43,061 bases of DNA from positions 1 through 43,061 of the forward strand of contig MEDY01000262.1 in the NCBI GenBank assembly GCA_001724265.1, given 5' to 3'. The stretch is from Rhizaria sp. SCN 62-66. Its lineage: Eukaryota. The translations under genes were made by a program, and so were the position numbers. The notes below the pieces were generated by a model, which did no database searches, was not told the DNA's origin, and saw nothing but the letters and a program-made list of their open reading frames with translations. Positions within the stretch are counted from its first letter, which is position 1; every line of letters begins with the position of its first letter. This document shows, one piece after another, positions 33,708 to 43,061 of this stretch.

Positions 33708-36700
33708 GCGCTGGCAGAGGCGGCGGCGGCTGCGGCGGCGTAGACGGCGCTGGCGCCGCCGGTAGGCACTGCCGCAGCAGCCGCGGCGGCCGCAGCGAGC
33801 CCGGAGTCGCCGTCGCCGGCGCCCGCGAAGCCGCTGCCACTGCCGCCGCTGCCGCCGCCGATGTTGAGGCCGAAGCCGAAGCCGTACCCTTGTGTGGCGG
33901 CGGCAGCGCTGTTGGCGCGGCCCGAGGGGTCGAAGTCGGCCGCAAGCAGCGAGTTGACGAGCCCGAAGAGCTGCATGACGCGCTCGTCCTGGCGCAGATC
34001 CTCGTGGCCCTTAAGCAGGAACATGTACTCCTTGCCATCGGAGCCGCCGATGCGGAGCGACCGCGGGTGCTGCTTCGAGTCGATCACCTTGAGCGTGGGC
34101 GCGAAGCGCGCGATGCGGACTACGGGCTGCCCTACGCGGTACGAGCCCGGGATGGCGACGGAGAGGTCGCGCGCGACGAGCAGGCGCGGGGACACCTGCG
34201 CGAGCGCCAGGTGCGTCATCGCCGGCTGCGCCTTAACGATGGCGTCGAGGCGGCGGAAGATAGTCGCATACACGTCCCACGCCTGGTTCAGCAGCCGCTG
34301 CGTCAACGCCTCGTCCACCGGCGCCGCGGGGGCCGCGCTCGGCCCGCCGGCGTGGCTGGGCGTGCTGCGGCCGCTGTTGTTGTAGCGCGGCGTCGCGCCG
34401 CCGGTGTTGACATACGGGTACCCGGTAATGCCGTGCTGATGCTGCCCCTGCTGGCCCTGCTGCTGCTGGAGCGAGCCGTCAGCGGCTGCAATGGCGCCCG
34501 CAGCGCCGCCGAGCAGCGCGTCGGTCTGTGTGAGCATGTCCTGGAGCCCCATGGCGACGGCGTAACGCTTGATGAGCTCGCCGGCGTCGTGGAGCTCGCG
34601 GCCGTAGGTCTGGTTGAACTCGACCTCCTTGATCGTGACGCCGCCCGCGTCGAGCTGCGCGTGCAGCGGCAGCAGGATCGCGAGCATACGCGGCACGTTC
34701 TTGTGCGAAAAGTACTGTCGCGCGGCCTCCTCCAGTCCCTCATGCCAGAGCTCGGACCAGAGGATCGACACGCGCACCAACTCGGTCGACACCATCACGG
34801 CCTGCTCGACCAAGCGCCGACTGTGGGGCGCGTGCGCGGCCAGCAACGACAGCACACGCGCGGCGGCGGCGCGGCGGCGCCAGGACGTGGCTTTGGCGGC
34901 GACGGTGAGCGGGTAAACGAGAGCCTGCGGGTGCGCGACGCCGATGCGGAAGACGAGGTCGACGAGCTGGTCGCGGATGACGCCGTGCGGCGTGTGGATG
35001 CGCGCAAGCACCTGGGGTGTCGCGTCGAGCCACGCCGCGATGGGCACCAGCGCGACGCCGCGGGAGATCTCGGCCGCCACGTGCGGGCGCCGCCCGTGCG
35101 ACATCCAGAGCGAGATGACGCGCAGGATGTCCTGGATGCTCGACGACGTCGCCGTGGAGCCGACGGCCAGCGCCGCCGTGGCGGCCGCCGCGGCCGACGC
35201 CGGCGCGCCCGAGCCGCGGAGCCCCGCAAGCACGGAGACGCCTGAGTGCGCGGCGGCGGCGGCCGAGGACGAGGCACGCGTGGTCGCGCTGGCGGCCGTA
35301 TTGCCCGTGTGCTGCGAGCTGGTCCGGATCGCGGCGTCGCCGATGCGGATGCCGAAGCCGCCGCTGCCGCCGCCAGTCGTCTTGAGGTAGATCGAGTGGA
35401 AGAAGCCGCGCAGCGCGGAGATGACGAAGATGGATGGGTCCAGCACCAGCTCCAGCGGCGGCGTCGCCAGCGGGTGCTGCGCAAACTGCTGCTGCTGTTG
35501 CTGCTGCTGCTGGCTGTTAGTGAACGGCGACTGCGGCTCTCTCTGCTCCTGCTGGTTATGGTTGTAGTAGCCGCTGTGTTCATCGCCGGCTGCGCGGGCG
35601 CCCGCGTACTGGTGCAGGTATGACGGCTCGTTGGCTTGCATCGACGCGGGCGTGCCCGTGCCCGCATAGTAGCCGCTGCCGTAGCCGTTCGCGCCTGTGT
35701 AGCTCACGTTGCTGGTGATGTTGTTATTGTAGCTGGGGGCGAAGCCGGAGTCGTTGCCGTGCGCGCCGCTGAGGTAGTTGCCGTCCGCGGCAGCAGCGGC
35801 GGCGGCGGCCGCGGCGGCGGCTGCAGCCGCAGCGTTCGCAGCAGCAGCCGCCGCGGCCGCGGCGGCGGCGGCCGCGGTGGCTGAGACCGAGGTCGACGAG
35901 AAGGCCGAGGCAACAGACGCGTCCGTGGACACGTCGATGTTGGCCGCAGAGCCGTCGAGAGAGTAGTACAGCGCGCTGTTGCCGCCCAGGCTGGTCGGGT
36001 AGGGGACGCCGGCGGCCGCGGCGGCCGCAGCCGCGGTCGCGGCGGCTGCGGCCGCGTCGTTGGCCACGGCGGCGGCGGCAGCGGCGGCGGCGCGCGCTCG
36101 CGTGCGCTGTGCAAGCAGCTGCTGCTGCGCCCGCGCGTGGTATTGCTGCTGCTGGAGCGCGTACCGGTGCGCGGCCACAAGCGTCACGATGAAGGAGCGC
36201 GAGTGCGCCGCCAGCGCCGCGCCACCGTAGCCGCTGTAGCCCGCACCCACGCCGGCGCCGGAGTGCGCGCCGGCGGGGCCCGGGGCGGCGCCGTGGATGC
36301 GCGCGGCGGTGCCGGGCAGCGGCGCGGGCGCGGGCACGCTCGAAGCGGCGGCGGCCGCCAGCGCAGCGGCAGAGGCGGCGGCGGCGGCGGCGGCAGCGTT
36401 TGGCGAGTTGTTGCCGTTGCCGCTGCCCATGCTGACGCTACCGCGGGCCGCGCGACTGCCGCTGCCGCGCCCGGTGGCGGCCGAGCCGACCGTGGGCAGC
36501 GGCAGCGTGCCGAAGACGGAGCCGCGGCGCAGCGCCGCCACAACCGAGCCGCGAGGCGCGCCAGTGATGGCGGCGTCGACCGCGTGCGTGGCCGCGGCGG
36601 CCGCGGCGGCGGCGGCCAGCGCGTCCGGGTCTACATCGTAGCCCGCCTGCGCGTGCGCGTGCGAGTGCGCATCAGAGCTATGGTTGTCAGCGGCAGCGGA

Positions 36701-39700
36701 GGCCGAAGCAGCGGCGGCGGCGGTGGCGGCGGCGGTGGCGGCGGGGACGTAGTGCGCGAGGTCGATGCGCTGCGACGCGAGGCGGAAGTTGACGACAGCC
36801 CACTCGTGGAACGCGCGCTGGTGCCACGGGTTGTGCAGCGTGGCCTGCCGCAGGTAGTACAGCACCTGCGACACGCCGGACTGCGGGCCGGGGTCGCCGC
36901 CGTAGCCGGTGAGCAGCGCGATGGACTCCAGCAGCGGCAACGGCAGCGCGGGCGCGGGCGCGGTCGCGGGGCCGCCGGCGGGGCCAAAGTTGTTGTTGTT
37001 GTTACTGCCCTGATTGCTGCTGTTGTAGGGGTGGCTCGTGCCAGAGTGGCCTGCGCCGAAGCCGCCGTAGGGCTGCTCCTCCTGCACTCCGCCCGCGCCC
37101 GCGCCAGCGCCAGTAGCGCCAGCGTTGCCGCTTGCGGCAAGAGACGACTGGCGGCTCATGCCGGGACGGCCGCCGGGGCCCGCGCCGCCGTCGCCGGCGC
37201 CCGGAACGGTGACCGACGAGCGGAACGAGAGGAAGATGCTGCCCTGCGTGCGCCCGTTGGTGCTGCCAACCGACGCCGCGGCGGCCGCAGCGGCGGCGGC
37301 GGCCGCGGCCGCGGCGGCCGTGTTGCTGCCGGGCGCGCCCGAGCCCGCGCTGCCGCCGGGACCCGCGCTGGGCTTGCGCGACAGCCGGTTCGGCGAGCTG
37401 ATGCGCGCGTTGCCGCTCGTGCGCGTGTTACTGCTGCCGCGGCGGCTGTTGGCGGCGCTGGTCGAGGCGTTGTTGGGCGACGCGCCGACGGCATCGGGCG
37501 CAAACGACTGCGACTGCGAGTCGGGGAAGGAGCCCGACGGCAGCGGCAGCGGCAGCGGAAGTGGCAGGGGCATATCGCCGTCCTCATCGTTGTTGACTGC
37601 CCTGCTGCCGCCGCCAGCGTTGCCGCCGCTGGCAACCGCGTCCGTGGTGCCTGCGCGCGCGCGGCCGCCGCCGACGGCGATGTTGCCCGTCGAGCTGCTG
37701 CTGGTGCCCGCCGCGAGCGCGGTGCCCGAGAGCGTGTGCGTGGCGACCGTGCTGCCGCCGTGGTGCGCGCCGGCGAGGTCGTCGCTGTCGCTGCCGACGA
37801 CGGGCGACAACACCGCCACGGCCGCGCCGGCCACCGCGTTGGCCGGGGCACCGGCGCCGGCGCCGGCGCCGTGGCCGACGTTGAGCGCGTCGGGGTAGGA
37901 GCCGTTGCTCGTGGCGCCGCCGGACTCGGTCTGCGACAGCTGCACCGGCGCGCCCGCGACTGCGACGGGCCGCCACACCGCCTGCGCGCCGTCCTGGCCG
38001 CCGGGCGCCGTAGCGGCCGCGGCGAGGCTGCTATGGGCGAGGGCGGGAGAGTCGCCCGCAAGCGCTGAGGGGAAGGCGGGTGCGCGCGGCGGCGAAAAGG
38101 CCGGCACCGAGGCCGAGGCCGCGGAGCCGAACGCGCTGCTGGTGTCGCCCACGGAGCGGTCGCCGTCGCCGTCGCCGTAGGCGCCGATGGCCACGGTGGC
38201 GATCGCCGCGGCGGCCGTGTCGAGCGCGATGGGCGCGCGCAGCGCGAGCGGGACGAAGCCGCCGTCGCTGTCGTCGTCGTAGCTGCCCGCAGCGTGGCCC
38301 GCCACGCGGGCATCGTCGTTGTCGTCGCTTGTGCTAAAGCCCGCCAGCCCGAAGGGCACCGGCAGCGGCAGCGGCAGCGGCAGCGCGCCGCCGCTGTCTT
38401 CATCGTCCTCGAGCGGGCGCAGCGGCGACGCAAGCTGGGGCCCGTGGCCGCTGCCGCGCGTGCCGCTGCCGCTGCCGCTGCCGCGCGCGTTGTGTGCGCT
38501 GGTGTTGTGCGAGTCGGCGAACTGCGTGGAGCCGTTGCGCGAGTGGCCGCGCGAGGACCGCACGGCGGCGGCGTGGGCGACGAGGTTCGGGTGCACCGCC
38601 AGCGGTCCGTCCTCGTCTTCGTCCTCGTCTTCGTTCTCGTTATCACCGTCGCCGTCGCCGGTGTGGGCGACGGCGGCGCCGGCGACGATGACGCGGCCGG
38701 CCGAAACGGTGCGCGAGCTGCTGTGGTCGCCGCCCACGACGTTGATCTTGATTCCGTCGTCGTCGTCGTCCGCGCCCGCGTCGCCCTTGCTGCCGTACTC
38801 GCCAGCACCGTTGCCGCTGCTGTTGGGGTAAACGGTCTCGAGCGTAGGAAAGTGGTCGTCGCTGGCGCTGCTGTGGCCCTCGGCGCCCTCGTCCTCGTCT
38901 TCGAACCCCGTCACCGCGGCGGCCGCGGCGTCAGCGGCGGCCGCGGCCACGGCGGCGGCCGCGGCGTCCTCGATCGCGGCCAGGCGCCAGAGCCCGAGCG
39001 TGAGCAGGCACTCGGCACGCAGCTCGCACAGCTCCGAATCGTACACCGGTGGCACCGCGGCGCGCGCGATGCTCGCCGCGTCGCTGCATGTGTCTCCGGC
39101 GGCCGCAGCGGCACTGTTGTCGCCGGCGTCGGCCTCGGTGCCGTTGGCCACTGCAGTGGCGGTTGCGGCGTCGGGCGTGGGCGGGAGGTACACCAGGGGC
39201 ACCTGGCCCGCCGGAATCAGCCACAGCATGCTGTCGGCAGCGCTCGCGGCACTGCTGCTGCTGCTGCTGCTGCTGACGTGGCCGCCGTTGGCGTAGCTCG
39301 AGGGCGAGGGCGCACTGTTGTTCCCGAAGCGGCCGGGGCTGTTGTTGCCGTTGCCTGCGCCGCTGTCGCGGGAGAGCGAGTCGATGCGCGAAGCACGCAT
39401 GCTGAGACTCATGTTCATGCCCACGTTCAGACTGCCGCGCACCGGCATTTGCTGCGGCTGCTGCTGCTGCTGCTGGTACATCGGCACACGCGCGCTCGGC
39501 CCAGCGCCAGCGCCGACGCCGAGCGCCAAAGAGCGGCGGCTCGACGCCCCCGCCCCGTGACCGTGGCCGTGGCCGTGGCTGCTGACGCTGGCGCGCGTGG
39601 GGTCGTTCATCTGCTGCCTCAGCGCCGCGCGCTGCCGCTGCTGCTGCCGCTTGAGCGCGGCGCGCGCCCGCACCGCGCGCGCGGCGTCTGCGTCGAGCGA

Positions 39701-42700
39701 GAGCGAGAGCTTCGCGAGCAGCTCTGGCACCGGCACGCGGCGGCGCAGGTGCGGGTGCGGCGGCGGCGGCAGCGCCGTGGTCATGGCGGGCGACGCGACC
39801 AGCTCGGCGAGCCGCGCGAAGGCCTCCTTGCGGTAGCCGCCGTCGTAGTGGTGGATGAGTGCAGCGTACACCGTCTCCGGGTGGCGCATGTCGAGTGGCG
39901 CCGCGGGGTCGGAGACGAGGCACAGCGAGTCGCGGCCCATGAGTGCGTTGATGATCGACAGCGACAGCGTAGGATTGGCAGACGCGCGGCACAGGCGCGC
40001 GAGCCGCACCCAGCTGCCTGCGTTCGCGTGCAGCGGCAGCGCGAGCGAGCGCACCATGAGCAGCTGCTGCCACAGTGCGGGGTCGGGTGCCAGGAAGCTC
40101 AGCCGCTCGGACCAGAGCGCGCGCAGCACGCGCCGGATGTCTCCGCTGTCAGTCTCCACCTGCACCGCCGTCGCCGCAGACGCGCAGTCGCCGGCGCCGC
40201 CAGCGGCGGTCCCCGTGGCACTGCTAGCGCTGCCAGCGGCGTTGCTGTTCAGCGCGCGCTGGACGGCCTGCACAGCGGCAGCAGAGCCGCCGGCCGCAGC
40301 CGCAGTATTCGAGGCGGTGGCGCCGCCATTGCGAGCGCGTGCGTTGGCGTTGGCCGCCGCCGCCGCCGCGGACGCCGCAGAGGCCGCGGCCGCGTTGGCA
40401 GCCGCGATGTTGGCGTCGGCGTTGTTGACGACAGCGCGCGCGGCGGCGACGCCGTACTCGACGACCTCCTGCAGCTCAAGCAGTTGCTGCACCGTCACGA
40501 TGAACGGGTAGATCTTGTTGTAGAGCGCCGGCGACGGGCCTAGCCCGCCCGCGGCGGTGAGTACTCCGACGCCGCTGCCCGCCACACCGCCCGCGCCGCC
40601 ACCGGCCGCAGCACCAGCGCCGGTGGCCGCGGCGCTGCCGACGCCCGCGCCGGCGCTGGCGCCAGAGCTGGAGCTGCAGGCGGCGACCGCAGTGAGCGCG
40701 GCGGCGGCCTCGGCGGCGTGCACGCGCGAGATCTCTGCGTCGACGAGCGCCATGGAGCTGTCGATCCAACTCAGCGCGTCGCCGTAAGCGTGCGCCTGCA
40801 CGGCCAGAACGGCGCGCGAGACGGCGCCGGGGACGGTGCGCGGCGAGAGGTGGTCCACAAAGGCGGCGGCCTGCTGCCAACGGCCCAGCGTCAGAGCCGA
40901 GAGCGTGCCCAGCTCGGCCACGGCGGTCTTGAACCCCGGCCGCAGGAGCTGCAGCGCGCGCAGCGAGAATGCGTCCACGGCCGGCGCGGGCGGCGCGGGC
41001 ATCCCCGCGGCGGCGGCGGCGGCGGCGGCGGCCTGGTGTGCGGCAGCCTGCTGCCGCAGCGTCGCCGCCGCCTGGTGCGAGTGCACCCACACAGAGTACG
41101 ACAGGTCCGACAGCGCGCGCCAGTCGCCCAGCGCGCGCAGACAGCGCATGCGGCCCAGCGTCGCCGTCGGCTCCAGCGGCTCGGCGAGGAGCTGGTGGGT
41201 GTAGGCGCTGAGCCCGCTCTCCCACTGCTGCAGATGCTCGTGCCACTCGGGACGCACGCGGAAGCTGCCCAGGCTGTTGTTGCTGATGTTGATGTTACCA
41301 GCCAGCGCGGCGCTGGGGCCGCCGGCGGCGCCGGTAACGCTCGCGCGCGCACGGCCGTTGCTACTACTGCTGCTGCTGCTGCTGCTGGAGCCAATGAGGC
41401 TGTTTCTGGCTCCCGTCGCGCGGAGCCCGCTGACTGTGGCCGCGGGGTCGCTGCCGTCGTCGAGCCCGTCGTCCGACTCGTCGGAGCCCGACTCCTCGTA
41501 GATGGCCTCGGGCACGTTCACGCCGTAGCCCGCCGCATACGCGGAAGCTAGGCCGCCAGCGCCCGTGGACAGACGCGCGTGCCCGCTGCCGCTGCTGCCG
41601 CTAACGCCGCCGTTGCGGCGACTGCGGTTGGCAGCGGCGGCGGCGGAGGCCGTCATGGCGGCGGCCAGCAGCGCGGCCTCGGCAGTGACGGCGCCGATCT
41701 CACTGCTGCTGGCCGCGCCGACCGACGCCGCCGCGGCCGCGTAGGGCGACCCCAGCATCATCGCGCTCGCGCTGTGCATCAGACCGTTGCCGTTGGCGTT
41801 CAGACCGTTGCTGCTGCTGTTGTTGTGGTGGTGGTAGTTCGCGATCTGCGCCTGGAGCGCAGCCTGGCTGCTCCACTCGCGCTGCGCGACCGTGAGCACG
41901 CCCTTGGCGGCCGTGGCAACGCCCAGCTTGTTGTTGAGCGTGACGAGCGCACCCACCACGCCCTCGTCGGCGACGGTCGCGTCCATGAACTCGCACTCGC
42001 GAAGGTACACGGCGTATGAGAGCGAACCCACGCCCTCGGCGAGCCGCGCGAGAAGGCGCACGTCGAGCGGGAGTGGGCAGTCCGCACGGTCCATGAACTG
42101 CACGAGGCGCAGCAGGTCGACGAGGATGTCGCGCGGCACGTCGCGCGCCTGCAGTGCGTGCTCCAGGTTCGCGATCAGGTCGTCCTGCGACGCGTCGCTC
42201 AGCGCGCGCCAGCACGACAGGAACGACGCCGACAGCAGCGACCGCGCCAGTGGGGGGTACTTGGTCGCCAGCGGCGCGCAGCCGCGCAGCGACACGGCGG
42301 GCGATTCTTTGATGAGCTCGATCGAGAGCGAGCGCATCCACACCACCCAGTCCTCGACAGTGCTGCGCCCGATCGCCGACCACGCGCGCACGAGGTTGCG
42401 CTGCGACATGAACAGCGGCGCCGCGTTGTAGCCGTACCCGCCGCCGACGCCCACGCCGCCGCCGCCGCCGCTGCTGGCGGTGCCGGCGTTGTTGGCCGCG
42501 GCGGAGTTGCTGCCGTTGACGCCGCCGGTGCTGCCGCCGCCGCCGCCAATGCTGCCGCGGCCCGCGCCGCCGTTGGCGTTGTTGTTGTTGCCTGTGCTCG
42601 TTGTGGAAACGTTGGATCGACCGCCAGCGTTGTTCGCGGTGTTGTTGTTGTTGGCGGCGTTGTCGTTGCCGGCCGTGGGGCGCTGGCTGCCTCGGCCGCT

Positions 42701-43061
42701 GGCTAGCGAGCCGTCGTTGCCGCCCGCGTCGTCGTTGTTGTTGCCGTTGGCGCTGTTAGCGCCGTCGTTGTCCGAGTCACTGCCCTCGCCGGCGTCGAGC
42801 GCGCCTGGCACGTCCGCGCCGCCCGGGTCCGCAGCGCCCTCGTTGGCGCCGTCGGCCGCGACGCCGTCGCCGCCGCCGTCGCCGGCGCTGCCGAGCGGCG
42901 TGTCGGGGCAGTCTGCGAGGCTGCCGACGCAGACTTCGAAGCCCACCAGCGCCATGCGCACCGGGCCGTAGCCCCACTGCCACTCCTGCTCGAACGCGGC
43001 GGCCGCGGCGCCGCCCGTGGCCGCGGCGCCCCCGGGCCCGCCCGCGGCGGCCGCGGCAGCC
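32075..43061 (-). CDS. TOR: Target of rapamycin kinase (PIKK), 5'-partial, intronless in window, >3660 aa with very large low-complexity insertions
   Basis: Frame is open to the window edge. HEAT segment WMRSLSIELIKESP; FAT segments (LGRMRCLRALGDW, QDILRVISLW, PQVLARIH, HPQALVYPLTVA); FRB LWSELWHEGLEEA..QAWDVY; kinase SKQHPR, FLLKGHEDLRQDERVMQLFGLVN, GLGDRHPCN, HIDFGDCFE, PERVPFRLTRM; FATC QVQRLISEAT..NLCQSFIGWCYYW then TAA. Confidence 0.96.
33677..33706. repeat. (GCT)10 microsatellite encoding poly-Ser inside the TOR kinase-domain insertion
   Basis: Perfect 30-nt trinucleotide run; one of many GCN/CAG/AAC/AGC runs encoding poly-Ala, -Gln, -Asn and -Ser in TOR. Confidence 0.9.

Noticed and set aside
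33890-42971. Long + strand and alternate-frame ORFs over TOR (e.g. 36137..38068, 38294..40543, 37156..38808) and similar shadows over other genes
   Set aside because: Expected from extreme GC and codon bias, which deplete stops in other frames; no recognisable domains.
1-43061. CRISPR arrays, rRNA, tRNA (including a CUA suppressor), transposase or reverse-transcriptase genes, prokaryotic operons
   Set aside because: None recognisable by eye; spliceosomal introns and gene content show eukaryotic nuclear DNA.

Overview
Compact eukaryotic (protist-like) nuclear DNA: very GC-rich exons, AT-rich intergenic spacers and short AT-rich GT-AG introns (14 mapped, 119-229 nt in the 12 measured). It holds ten protein genes: a giant low-complexity protein (-), a WW-WW-PH-PH-RhoGAP (+), eIF2A (+), thymidylate kinase (-), translin (+), a multi-pass membrane protein (-), an M1 aminopeptidase (+), an ARM-like/degenerate-cyclophilin fusion (-), CFAP20 (-) and a hugely expanded, 5'-truncated TOR kinase (-). 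Main discovery: the three separate minus-strand ORFs between 34 and 8358 are one 2775-codon frame broken only by four in-frame TAG codons, while all ten genes end in TAA or TGA. This suggests UAG is read as sense (most plausibly Gln) or corrected by RNA editing. The caveat is that the other nine genes contain no in-frame TAG. Second candidate: a ~290-nt structured, oligo-T-terminated ncRNA at 17104-17396 (-) containing UAACCCUAA, possibly a telomerase RNA. All calls come from reading the sequence and recalled family motifs; no database searches were run.
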